From: Bacteroidia bacterium
GTDB taxonomy: Bacteria > Bacteroidota > Bacteroidia > NS11-12g > UBA9320
Length of the DNA stretch: 64,000 nt
Direction: 5' to 3'
Assembly (NCBI GenBank): GCA_018402155.1
Contig: JAGYJG010000001.1
Span: forward strand, 418,831 to 482,830
The position numbers were made by a program, and so were the translations under genes. The notes below the pieces were generated by a model. The model saw only the letters and a program-made list of their open reading frames with translations, was not told the origin of the DNA and searched no databases. Shown here piece by piece: positions 31,331-41,141 of this stretch (the stretch's first letter is position 1; the number at the start of each line of letters is the position of its first letter).

Positions 31331-32158
31331 ATGAGTCGACGTCTTGTAGATCTTGTGGTTATTTCTGATATTCACTTGGGCACCTATGGCTGCAGAGCCT
31401 CCGAAGCTTTGGCTTATTTGTCGAGCATAAAGCCTCAAAGGTTAATATTGAATGGAGATATAGTGGACGGTTGGCAGTTTAAGAAAAAGTATTGGCCGGC
31501 CTCTCATACTAAAGTAGTAAAAGAAATTTTACACCTGGCTGCAAAAGGCACGGAAGTGTATTACTTGCCAGGAAATCATGATGAATATTTTAGAAAATTT
31601 GTTGGATACACCTTGGGTAACATCCACATTGAGAATAAGTTGGTGCAAGAAATAGATGGTAAAACTGCGTGGTTTTTCCATGGCGATGTTTTTGATGTAA
31701 CTATGCAGCATAGCAAGTGGTTGACACGTTTAGGATCTGAGAGTTATGATTTTCTAATATGGCTAAATTACCAGGTCAACAGAGTATTAGAATTTATGGG
31801 TAAGGAAAAGAAATCTTTTTCAAAGCAAATAAAAAATGGAGTGAAATCTGCAGTAAAGTATATCAATAAATTTGAGGAATTGTGTGCAGAAATAGCAGTC
31901 AGTAAGGGATATGATTATGTTATATGCGGACATATACATCAGCCAGAAATACGTACCATTTCATTTGAAGAAAAGAATGTGATGTATCTAAATAGTGGAG
32001 ATTGGGTAGAAAACATGACTGCTTTAGAATACAATAAAGGAGAGTGGAACATTCACACTGAGGGTGCAGCACCAAAGGACACCACAGAGGATAAAAATAC
32101 GGAAGAAATATTTCAGGAAATGCTACTAGAACTTGGCTTACCCACGGCGGCTAGATGA
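31331..32158 (+). CDS. Metallophosphoesterase of the LpxH/PlcP group (likely PlcP-type phospholipase C)
   Basis: SDIHLG, NGDIVDGW, GNHD, HGD, GHIH and NSGDWVE motifs; overlaps a glycosyltransferase. Confidence 0.8.
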   Translation: MSRRLVDLVVISDIHLGTYGCRASEALAYLSSIKPQRLILNGDIVDGWQFKKKYWPASHTKVVKEILHLAAKGTEVYYLPGNHDEYFRKFVGYTLGNIHIENKLVQEIDGKTAWFFHGDVFDVTMQHSKWLTRLGSESYDFLIWLNYQVNRVLEFMGKEKKSFSKQIKNGVKSAVKYINKFEELCAEIAVSKGYDYVICGHIHQPEIRTISFEEKNVMYLNSGDWVENMTALEYNKGEWNIHTEGAAPKDTTEDKNTEEIFQEMLLELGLPTAAR

Positions 32159-33186
32159 AAATTTTATACGGTATACAATGCACTGGTAATGGACATATCA
32201 CGCGCTCCATTGCAATAATAGAAGAGTTGCAAAAGTATGCTCGAGTAGATGTACTTGTCAGTGGATTGAACCATGAGGTCTCACTGCCATTTCCAGTAAA
32301 GTACAGGTGCGAAGGGCTGTCCTATTTCTTCGGTAAAAATGGTGGTTTTGATATTTGGAGAACACTATTACGCAACAACCCTTTTCGTTTTCTTCGAGAA
32401 ATAAAGGAGATACCCGCACATTTATACGATATTGTTATTTCTGATTTTGAACCTATTTCAGCTTGGAGTGCACGCAGAGATTGGGTGTACTCAATTGGTA
32501 TTAGCAACCAAGCAGCACTGCGAGAGATAGTTGTTTTAAAGCCAAATGTATTCAGTCCGTTTTCTAAATTAATTATTGAGTATTTCTGCCCTGTTTTCAA
32601 ACGGTACGGTCTACACTACAACAAGCTAAACGACAATCTATTTTTTCCGCCCATACGCCAAGATATATTAAAAGCAACTGTTAGTAATGACGGTCATTAT
32701 GTGGTTTATCTGCCATTTTTCAGTGCGAAAAAAATTATAAAAGCACTAAAAGTAATTTGTCGTAAAACACAATGGCATGTATTTTCCAACGATATTAAAG
32801 AGGCTTATATTCTTGAAAACATTTCGGTAAATCCTATTTTAGATAGTAAATTTGTGAAAAGCCTGGCTAGTTGTGCAGGAGTTTTATGTAGTGCTAGTTT
32901 TAGCACTACAAGTGAAGCACTTTTTCTTGGTAAAAAACTGATGGTAATACCTATGAAAAGCCAATACGAGCAACAGTGCAATGCATTCAGCTTAGGTAAT
33001 GCAGGAGTTGGTGTCGTTAAATCTTTGAAAACTAAACAGCTAAAAAAGATTGGTGAATGGGTTGTAAGCAATGATTATCCTCAGCTAGCATTAGTAAATG
33101 AAACTGAACAATTGGTAAGGACTATAGTGACTGATTATGTGGAGTACATCAATCAGCAGGCTATACAGAAACCTTCCTACTCTTGA
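32155..33186 (+). CDS. GT-B glycosyltransferase (MJ1255/VC2487-like)
   Basis: MKILYGIQCTGNGHITR, SDFEP, SEALFLGK and QYEQQCNA motifs. Confidence 0.85.
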   Translation: MKILYGIQCTGNGHITRSIAIIEELQKYARVDVLVSGLNHEVSLPFPVKYRCEGLSYFFGKNGGFDIWRTLLRNNPFRFLREIKEIPAHLYDIVISDFEPISAWSARRDWVYSIGISNQAALREIVVLKPNVFSPFSKLIIEYFCPVFKRYGLHYNKLNDNLFFPPIRQDILKATVSNDGHYVVYLPFFSAKKIIKALKVICRKTQWHVFSNDIKEAYILENISVNPILDSKFVKSLASCAGVLCSASFSTTSEALFLGKKLMVIPMKSQYEQQCNAFSLGNAGVGVVKSLKTKQLKKIGEWVVSNDYPQLALVNETEQLVRTIVTDYVEYINQQAIQKPSYS

Positions 33187-34511
33187 AAGATTTGTATTCC
33201 TTTCCACACGATTTTACTTGGGGAGCTGGTATTTCTGCCTACCAAACAGAGGGAGGCGTAAATGCTGGAGGGAGAGGCGTCTCTATTTGGGATGAGTTTG
33301 AGAAAAAAAAATCGATAAGGAATAAACATTCTGCTAGTGTAGCGTGTGATTTTTATAATAGGTACGCTAGTGATTTACGGTCAGTTAAGTGGCTCGGACT
33401 GTCTCATTTCAAAACGAGTATTAGCTGGCCGCGTATTCAGCCCAGTGGCAAAGGAAATATTAATAAAGCGGGAGCAGATTTTTATGATAGGCTTACTGAC
33501 GAAATGCTTGAGCAAGGTATAGAACCATGGTATGTAGCGTATCATTGGGACTTGCCTGCCGAGCTCCAAAAAAAAGGAGGCTGGACCAATAGAGATACTG
33601 TTTTTCGTTTTCTTGATTACTGTGATTTATGTTTTGGTCTACTGGGCGATAGGGTGAATAATTGGATAGTTATGAACGAGCCTTTGGTGTTTGTTGGCGC
33701 AGGATATTTTATGGGTATTCACGCCCCAGGAAGGCGCGGGATGAATAATTTTTTGCCGGCCTTACACCATGTAAATTTGGCCAATGCACAAGGGATAAAA
33801 AATCTAAAAAATCTCGGAGCAAAGCACGTTGGCACTGCTCATTCTTTTGCTAGTATCCATCCAAGCACTAAACTAGATGTAGATATAAAAGCCGCAAATA
33901 GAGTACACTTAGCCATAAATCAGAGTTTTATTGATCCAATGCTGGGCTACGGATACCCAACTGAGAAATTGCCTTTCATGAAAAAAATAGAGCGTTATTG
34001 GGAGCAAAATGATGGACAACTTCTACTGGCTTCCCCAGATTTTTGGGGCGTGCAAGTATATACCCGTGAGATTGTAAAATATGCCTGGTGGATGCCATAT
34101 ATACAAGCACGTATAATCTCTGCAAAAAGTCGAAAAAAGATCGTTTCTAGCATTGGGCAAGAGGTGTATTATCCAGCACTGAGCGAGGTATTAGATTGGT
34201 TTATACAGCATAAGGCCTCTGATACTCCAGTATACATTACTGAATGCGGTATAAGTATGCAAGAGTCCTTTTTAGAACAGCCGTTTGACGATACCTACCG
34301 AATAGAGTATTATCAAAATGTTTTAGAAACTTTAAAACCACACATTCAAAACTCTAATGTTAAGGGTCTTTTTTATTGGAGTTTAATGGATAATTTTGAG
34401 TGGGCTGAGGGGTATTTTGCACCTTTTGGTCTTTTTCACGTAGATTTTAAAACTCTAAAACGTACACCTAAAAAGAGCGCAGAGTGGGTGAGAAATTTAT
34501 TAGGACAATAG
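33183..34511 (+). CDS. Glycoside hydrolase family 1 (beta-glucosidase-like)
   Basis: SAYQTEG, SISWPRI, YHWDLP, NEP (acid/base), ITECG (nucleophile) and WSLMDNFEWAEG motifs. Confidence 0.92.
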   Translation: MKDLYSFPHDFTWGAGISAYQTEGGVNAGGRGVSIWDEFEKKKSIRNKHSASVACDFYNRYASDLRSVKWLGLSHFKTSISWPRIQPSGKGNINKAGADFYDRLTDEMLEQGIEPWYVAYHWDLPAELQKKGGWTNRDTVFRFLDYCDLCFGLLGDRVNNWIVMNEPLVFVGAGYFMGIHAPGRRGMNNFLPALHHVNLANAQGIKNLKNLGAKHVGTAHSFASIHPSTKLDVDIKAANRVHLAINQSFIDPMLGYGYPTEKLPFMKKIERYWEQNDGQLLLASPDFWGVQVYTREIVKYAWWMPYIQARIISAKSRKKIVSSIGQEVYYPALSEVLDWFIQHKASDTPVYITECGISMQESFLEQPFDDTYRIEYYQNVLETLKPHIQNSNVKGLFYWSLMDNFEWAEGYFAPFGLFHVDFKTLKRTPKKSAEWVRNLLGQ

Positions 34512-34567
34512 CTTAATTTGCCAATATTTTTCTTGTGTTTTAGTAACTTTCGTAGGCCATTATCACA

Positions 34568-36439
34568 TTACATCCTATCAGGGACATCTATTCCCATAAG
34601 TTTAAAGCCGTGTTTTATAGTCTGTCCTACTGCCATACACAGAGATAGCCTAAAGCCTCTTAGGTTATAATCCTCTTCGCCCAAAATAATATGTTCATGA
34701 TAAAATTTATTAAATGCTTTTGCTAAATCGTAAACAGCATTGGCTATTTCACTAGGATTATAATTTTTGGCAGCACTGTTTACCGCAGTAGGGTAGTCGT
34801 GCATCAATATAATCAGGTCTTTTTCTTCGGCCGCTAAGTTAGGAGGTGTTCTGAAGTTTGTGTCTTTATTGGTTTCATTCGCAGCGCGCAGTATTGAGCT
34901 TATCCGTGCATAGGTATATTGTATAAACGGCGCTGTATTTCCCTGAAAATCAATGGATTCTTTGGGATCATATAACATACGTTTCTTTGCGTCTACTTTT
35001 AACAAGAAATACTTTAACGCACCTATACCCAATGTCTCGTATAGTACACTGAGCTCCTCTTCAGTCATTCCCTCAGTTTTACCCAAATCCTCTGTTTGCT
35101 TTTTAGCTGTACTTACTACTTCGTCCATTAACTCATCAGCATCTACAACAGTTCCTTCGCGGCTTTTCATTTTACCCTCAGGTAGGTCTACCATGCCGTA
35201 GCTCATATGGTAAAGACCATTAGCGTACTGCTTGTTTAGTTTTTGTAAAATATGCTTTAGAACTTTGAAATGATAATCTTGTTCATTTCCCACAACATAA
35301 ATAAATTGGTCCATTCCAAAATCATCATATTTTAGCTGTGCAGTCCCTATATCTTGAGTTATATATACTGAAGTACCATCGGCACGTTGTACAATTTTTT
35401 CATCCAGACCCTCAGCGGTCAAATCTACCCATACACTGCCGTCTGCTTTTTGGTAAAAAGCCTCAGATTCTAACCCTTCTTGCACCATCGATTTGCCAAG
35501 TAAGTACGTGTCAGACTCGTAGTATATTTTATCAAATGCAATACCAAGTCGATTGTAGGTTACATCAAAACCGTTGTACACCCATCCATTCATTTTTCTC
35601 CAAAGTGTAATGACATCTTCGTCACCCTCTTCCCATTTTTGAAGAATTATTTTAACTGATGCACCAAGTAAACTATGGTTATTGAAGTAGGTATTTGTAT
35701 AATCAGTTTTGAAGGCTTTGGCTAAGTCTGTTCCTTCCTTAATATGTTTTTTTGCCTCGTTAGATGCTTTAAATACTTCCAATTGAGATAGGCCTTCAGA
35801 ACTAGTTAACCACTTACTATATTCTAACTGAAATTTCTTTTCAAATTCCACATAGTATTTGCCTACCAAGTGGTCGCCCTTTATACCCGAACTATCTGGC
35901 GTTTCTCCATTTCCCCATTCTTGCCAAGCAAGCATACTTTTACAGATATGAATGCCACGATCATTGACTAGGTTATTTTTAACTACATCATACCCATTGG
36001 CAAGCATGATTTCACTGTAACTGTGGCCTAAAACTACATTTCTGACGTGTCCCAGGTGAAGTGGTTTATTGGTGTTTGGAGATGCGTATTCTACTACAAC
36101 TTTTTGGCCCTTTCCAATACTCGGGATACGAACACCTGTACTCGATAGATTTTCGGCTACCGCAAGCCAGTAAGAATCGCTCAGCTCAAGGTTTAAAAAT
36201 CCTTTTACTACATTATATCCATCGACCTCAGCTAGCTCTTTTTTGAGAAATTCCCCGATTTCAGATGCAGTATCTTCTGGCTTTTTACGGCTAGCTCTTA
36301 AAAATGGGAAAACAACAAAAGTATAATCACCAGCAAAGTTGGCATTGGTTTTTTCAAAACTGATTTCAGAATCTTGTACATTATACAGTGCGACTAAAGC
36401 TTCGTTTACTTTGTCAGTTAGTGCGGTAAGTATATTCAT
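34568..36439 (-). CDS. argS: Arginine--tRNA ligase
   Basis: SPNTNKPLHLGH, KMKSREG, IQYTYAR and C-terminal PDRM. Confidence 0.97.
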   Translation of the reverse strand: MNILTALTDKVNEALVALYNVQDSEISFEKTNANFAGDYTFVVFPFLRASRKKPEDTASEIGEFLKKELAEVDGYNVVKGFLNLELSDSYWLAVAENLSSTGVRIPSIGKGQKVVVEYASPNTNKPLHLGHVRNVVLGHSYSEIMLANGYDVVKNNLVNDRGIHICKSMLAWQEWGNGETPDSSGIKGDHLVGKYYVEFEKKFQLEYSKWLTSSEGLSQLEVFKASNEAKKHIKEGTDLAKAFKTDYTNTYFNNHSLLGASVKIILQKWEEGDEDVITLWRKMNGWVYNGFDVTYNRLGIAFDKIYYESDTYLLGKSMVQEGLESEAFYQKADGSVWVDLTAEGLDEKIVQRADGTSVYITQDIGTAQLKYDDFGMDQFIYVVGNEQDYHFKVLKHILQKLNKQYANGLYHMSYGMVDLPEGKMKSREGTVVDADELMDEVVSTAKKQTEDLGKTEGMTEEELSVLYETLGIGALKYFLLKVDAKKRMLYDPKESIDFQGNTAPFIQYTYARISSILRAANETNKDTNFRTPPNLAAEEKDLIILMHDYPTAVNSAAKNYNPSEIANAVYDLAKAFNKFYHEHIILGEEDYNLRGFRLSLCMAVGQTIKHGFKLMGIDVPDRM

Positions 36440-37260
36440 TACTTTTTTATGGGTGAATTGGGTTCAGCGGCAATTACTTTATGTATTTTTCGCTCTACGA
36501 ATTTTGGAAAAAACTTATTCATCCAATAGATGGCCTTCCCTTGCTTATTAGTGAGCATAAAATCTTTTCTATCACGTATGGCTTGAAGTATATCCAAAGC
36601 TACTGACTCTGCAGTGTCCATTTTACTTTCATCTCCGGGAGTATCAGCCTGAGAGGTTCCGTCAGCTTTACGAGCATTTAATCTGATGTTGCTCGCAGTG
36701 AATCCAGGACAAGCTATAAGCGTATGAAGACCTCTTTGAGAGTATTCCATTCGAATACTCTCAAAGAGCCCATTCATAGCGAATTTTGAAGCAGCATATC
36801 CGGAACGGCCAGGAAGACCTTTGAAACCGGTAACGGAGGATACGGCTACAAGACTTCCTTTAGTTTCTAGTAAATAAGGGATGGCGGCTTGACTACAATA
36901 GGTAGCTCCCCATAAGTTCACATCCATAATTTCACGGAGTACTTTAGTCTCTACTTCATCAAAAGCTGCACGCATACTAATGCCCGCATTATTTATAAGG
37001 ACGTCGATACTGCCCAGTTCTCGGTTAGCAGTCGCAACAAGATTTTTGCACTGAGATTCGCTAGTAACATCTGTGGGTACGGTGATTATTTTTACAGAAT
37101 ACGAAGAGAGACTACTCTTTAGTGCTTCTAATTTTTCTTGACTTCTAGCAGCAAGGACTATGTTAGCGCCTATTTTGGCACATGCAACAGCAAGTGCTTC
37201 TCCTATTCCTGAGGAAGCTCCTGTTATGATTATATTTTTTTCTTTGAGTCTATCTACCAA
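36439..37260 (-). CDS. Short-chain dehydrogenase/reductase
   Basis: TGASSGIG, NNAG and YAASK motifs. Confidence 0.92.
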   Translation of the reverse strand: MVDRLKEKNIIITGASSGIGEALAVACAKIGANIVLAARSQEKLEALKSSLSSYSVKIITVPTDVTSESQCKNLVATANRELGSIDVLINNAGISMRAAFDEVETKVLREIMDVNLWGATYCSQAAIPYLLETKGSLVAVSSVTGFKGLPGRSGYAASKFAMNGLFESIRMEYSQRGLHTLIACPGFTASNIRLNARKADGTSQADTPGDESKMDTAESVALDILQAIRDRKDFMLTNKQGKAIYWMNKFFPKFVERKIHKVIAAEPNSPIKK

Positions 37261-37269
37261 AGCGTTCTT

Positions 37270-37797
37270 TTACTTTTTCCACTTCACGCTACAGCCTACT
37301 GCTGGTATCTCTGTGTAGTCGGGTTCCATACCATCTAACGTGTATTCTATTGCGTCTTCCAAAAAAACACGAGTTACCATATGTTCATTTTCCCAGTTAT
37401 CGTCTATCGCTCCTTGATAAACCAATTCACGCTTACTGTTGAAAACAAAAACCTCTGGAGTGCGTGTGGCACCAAGTTTTTTTGCTATTTTTTGATCTTC
37501 ATCGTGCAGGTAGGGAAATGGTAACTGAAGCTGCTTAGCTAAATCTTTCATCGCTTGAAATGAATCTGCAGGATATTGTTCGGCATCATTTGGGTTTATG
37601 GCAATAATACCCATATTATCCTCTTCGTATTGGTTTGACATCTTAATGAGTCTACTCCAATATGCACGAGCATAAGGACAATGGTTGCAAGTCACCACGA
37701 GTACCAAAGCTGTTCTGTCAGCAAATGTAAATTTGTTGTACATCTTATTATCGGCACCTCTTAACTCAAAATCAAAAAGTTTTTTTCCTATCTCCAT
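37270..37797 (-). CDS. Thioredoxin-fold (AhpC/TSA-like) protein
   Basis: CNHCPY, GATRTPEVF, YQGAIDD and GCSVKWK motifs. Confidence 0.88.
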   Translation of the reverse strand: MEIGKKLFDFELRGADNKMYNKFTFADRTALVLVVTCNHCPYARAYWSRLIKMSNQYEEDNMGIIAINPNDAEQYPADSFQAMKDLAKQLQLPFPYLHDEDQKIAKKLGATRTPEVFVFNSKRELVYQGAIDDNWENEHMVTRVFLEDAIEYTLDGMEPDYTEIPAVGCSVKWKK

Positions 37798-37941
37798 TTA
37801 CAGGCAAAAGTAAGAAATTAGGCGGAAAATAGATGGATAGTTTTTTTGACCAATAGGGTTTCAAATTCTTGTCTTTGAAAGGATAAATTTTATCCCAGCG
37901 TGCTATCTAATTTGAACTAAAATTATGTATTAATTTACCCC

Positions 37942-37980
37942 AAAAAAAAAACCAACCGCGATCACGTGGTTGGTTTTTTT
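37942..37980 (-). terminator. Terminator after clpC
   Basis: A-run, ACCAACCGCG-atca-CGTGGTTGGT, T-run. Confidence 0.7.
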
Positions 37981-38009
37981 GTTTTTGTTTTTGTGAAGCA
38001 GATTAAAAA

Positions 38010-40544
38010 CTACTCGGCTTGTTTCTTCTCTTCTATTGTTGTTTTGGACTTTTCTTTTTTGAATATCAAAGTGTCTTTCTTTTTATCGAAATCTACTGCA
38101 ATTACATCACCTGCTGTAATGTCAGATTTTAAAATTTCCTCAGCCAACGGGTCCTCCAAGTATTTTTGTATAGCCCTATTAAGTGGCCTTGCGCCAAAAT
38201 TAGAATCGAAACCTTTTTCCGCTAAATATGTTTTTGCAGATTTACTGAGTTTTATATCAAATCCTATTTGGTTGATACGGGTGATTAATTCTGCAATTGA
38301 AAGCTCCAATATTTTTGTAATATCCTCTTTCTCTAATGAATTGAAGACAATGACATCATCTATTCTATTCAAAAACTCTGGAGAGAAAAATCGTTTCAAT
38401 GCATTTTCAATTACACCTTTCGAGTTTAGATCTGAGTTGGCATTTTTGGCACTAGTTCCAAAACCTACACCTGCTCCAAACTCTTTGAGCTGCCTGCTTC
38501 CGATATTAGATGTCATAATAATGATTGTATTTCTAAAATCAACTTTTCGTCCAAGACTATCGGTCAAAAAACCTTCATCTAAAACTTGTAGCAATAGATT
38601 GAAGACATCCGGGTGAGCTTTTTCTATCTCATCAAATAAGATGACGGAGTAAGGTTTACGCCTAACTTTCTCGGTAAGTATACCCCCTTCTTCGTATCCT
38701 ACATATCCCGGAGGTGCACCCACCAAGCGGGAAACCGCAAATTTCTCCATGTACTCACTCATATCTATGCGTAGCAAGGCGTCTCTAGAGTCAAAAAGAT
38801 ATTTAGCCAATGTTTTTGCCATTTCAGTCTTCCCTACGCCAGTGCTGCCCAAGAAAATAAAAGAGCCAATTGGCTTATTAGGAGATTTTAGACCTGCACG
38901 GGTTCGCTGTATAGCCCGTGTTAGTTTTTCTACAGCTTCGTCTTGCCCTATTACACTGCCTCTTAGTTCCTCTCCCATTTTTAGGAGCCTATTACCCTCT
39001 TTTTGTTGAATCCGCTTGGCAGGGATACCTGTCATCATCCCAATTACATCTGCCACATCGTCCTCAGTTACAGTATATCGTTGGTTCTTACTGTCCTCTT
39101 CCCACTTGTTTTTTTCAGCCTCTAGATTCTCTAATAATGACTTTTCGCTATCTCTTAGTCTGGCAGCTTCCTCGTATTTTTGACTTTTTACTACTCTATT
39201 TTTCTCCTCTTTTATTTCTTCTATTTTCTTTTCTAAATCCAATATGTCTTGAGGCACATGTATATTGCTTAAGTGCACTCGTGCGCCCACTTCATCCATT
39301 ACGTCTATAGCTTTATCAGGCAAATAACGATCAGTAATATAGCGAACGCTCATTCTTACAGCAGCATCCAAAGCTTCATCTGAGTATGAAACACTATGGT
39401 GATCTTCATACTTCGATTTTATATTGTTGAGTATTTCAAGTGTCTCCTCTGGATTAGTTGGTTCTACCATCACACTCTGAAATCTGCGCTCTAGTGCTCC
39501 ATCTTTTTCAATATATTGACGGTATTCGTCTAATGTTGTTGCACCTACACATTGTATCTCACCACGTGCCAGTGCAGGTTTGAACATATTAGATGCATCT
39601 AACGAACCACTTGCCCCTCCAGCTCCCACTATGGTGTGTATTTCGTCTATGAATAAAATGACATCATCTGTTTTTTCGAGCTCGGTCATCACGGCTTTCA
39701 TCCGTTCCTCAAACTGCCCTCTGTATTTGGTGCCTGCTACCAAACTTGCTAAATCAAGCGTTACCACTCGTTTATCAAATAGTACACGCGATACTTTTCT
39801 TTGAGAAATGCGAAGTGCTAAACCTTCTGCTATAGCTGTTTTGCCAACGCCTGGTTCCCCTATTAGTACAGGATTATTTTTTTTTCGTCTACTTAAAATT
39901 TGAGAAACACGTTCGATTTCTTTATCTCGACCTACTATTGGGTCTAGTTTGTCAGCCTCGGCCAATTTTGTCAGGTCTTTACCAAAATTGTCCAATACTG
40001 GTGTCTTACTTTTACTTTTAGTTCCTGGCTTATTAGGCGTCGCAGATTTACTGCTTTCTTCGTTATAATAATCTTCTGGAGAATCAGTGCTCATTTCAAT
40101 CGTTGTATCAGGTAATTTATCTTCCATTGCTCGCTTGAACAAATCGTAATCTATCCCAAACTGATTTAATATCTGGGAAGCTACATTATCCTCATCCCTC
40201 AATATAGACAATAATAAGTGCTCTGTCCGTATGATGTCATCTTTGAATATCTTTGCTTCTAAATACGTGATTTTCAGTGATTTCTCTGCCTGTTTGGTGA
40301 GCGGTATATTGCCAATATTAGTAGATTTTCCTGTTGTGTCTCGTATGCTATCTTCTACTGTTTTTTTCAATCGTAACATATCTATACCCATATTTTTGAG
40401 GTGGCGTATAGCTTTGCCATCTCCTTGGCGGATAAGACCTAAAAGAAGATGCTCTGTGCCAATGTAACTATGACCAAGGCGTATCGCTTCTTCTCTGCTA
40501 AATTGAATAACTTCTTTTACTCCGGGTGAAAACTGTGCTTCCAT
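38010..40544 (-). CDS. clpC: ATP-dependent Clp protease ATP-binding subunit ClpC
   Basis: Clp-N repeats (TEHLLL twice), two Walker A motifs ([16 protein letters not shown]), UVR middle domain, VGF loop. Confidence 0.95.
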   Translation of the reverse strand: MEAQFSPGVKEVIQFSREEAIRLGHSYIGTEHLLLGLIRQGDGKAIRHLKNMGIDMLRLKKTVEDSIRDTTGKSTNIGNIPLTKQAEKSLKITYLEAKIFKDDIIRTEHLLLSILRDEDNVASQILNQFGIDYDLFKRAMEDKLPDTTIEMSTDSPEDYYNEESSKSATPNKPGTKSKSKTPVLDNFGKDLTKLAEADKLDPIVGRDKEIERVSQILSRRKKNNPVLIGEPGVGKTAIAEGLALRISQRKVSRVLFDKRVVTLDLASLVAGTKYRGQFEERMKAVMTELEKTDDVILFIDEIHTIVGAGGASGSLDASNMFKPALARGEIQCVGATTLDEYRQYIEKDGALERRFQSVMVEPTNPEETLEILNNIKSKYEDHHSVSYSDEALDAAVRMSVRYITDRYLPDKAIDVMDEVGARVHLSNIHVPQDILDLEKKIEEIKEEKNRVVKSQKYEEAARLRDSEKSLLENLEAEKNKWEEDSKNQRYTVTEDDVADVIGMMTGIPAKRIQQKEGNRLLKMGEELRGSVIGQDEAVEKLTRAIQRTRAGLKSPNKPIGSFIFLGSTGVGKTEMAKTLAKYLFDSRDALLRIDMSEYMEKFAVSRLVGAPPGYVGYEEGGILTEKVRRKPYSVILFDEIEKAHPDVFNLLLQVLDEGFLTDSLGRKVDFRNTIIIMTSNIGSRQLKEFGAGVGFGTSAKNANSDLNSKGVIENALKRFFSPEFLNRIDDVIVFNSLEKEDITKILELSIAELITRINQIGFDIKLSKSAKTYLAEKGFDSNFGARPLNRAIQKYLEDPLAEEILKSDITAGDVIAVDFDKKKDTLIFKKEKSKTTIEEKKQAE

Positions 40545-40834
40545 TATTTATATCAAACAAATATAAGACCAAATTGATGTTTTATGTCGCCTTGATTTTA
40601 GCTTTTTAGTTTTAATCCTCGCTTTTTAGTTAAATCTCAAGACATTTTCGGTGTGTTTTTAGAGCTTCTATTTCCAAATTATTACACTATCAGTCTGATT
40701 TTAATTACTTTGTAACAAGTGATTTTCTTCCACTATTTTTTCGATACAAATAAGTATCTCAAAGTGATGTAGTTAAGTGTCATATAGAATTTTATTGAAA
40801 TTAGGTATAGATAGCACGCTTTACGTTTTATTAC

Positions 40835-41073
40835 TTATACGCATTTTCCCGTGCATAACTATTAATTATGGTGGTTTATAGATGTTTACACTTCCAAAGA
40901 ATTAAGTGATTTACGCCATAAAATGGTAAAAACTAATGACCTTTATATTTGAGATGTGGAAAACAATACGTTATCTATCAGTTAATTAAGAAAACTTTAA
41001 AAGTTTGCGAACATTTTTTTAACATTTTTGGTGTGTGTGTGGGTAAGTAGAAACGCACACCCAGTGTGGATTT
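40835..41073. promoter_or_regulatory. Cluster of DnaA-box-like 9-mers upstream of dnaB
   Basis: TTATACGCA (40835), CGTGCATAA (40850), TGTGGAAAA (40955), TGTGGGTAA (41038) and TGTGGATTT (41065), compared with TTWTNCACA. Confidence 0.45.
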
Positions 41074-41141
41074 AGTGATAAATAACCTCCGTACATTTGA
41101 CAACCCAAAATTAGAATAGTGTCCGTATTCGTTGGGAGAAA

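Noticed and set aside
34240-34260. GH1 nucleophile motif ITECG instead of ITENG as a sign of inactivation
   Set aside because: The catalytic Glu and the NEP acid/base are both retained
37966-38616. 216-aa plus-strand ORF, and many other 60-180 aa antisense ORFs in the track (e.g. 27238-27786, 62805-63305, 10831-11241)
   Set aside because: They are shadows of well-supported genes on the opposite strand and carry no recognisable motifs
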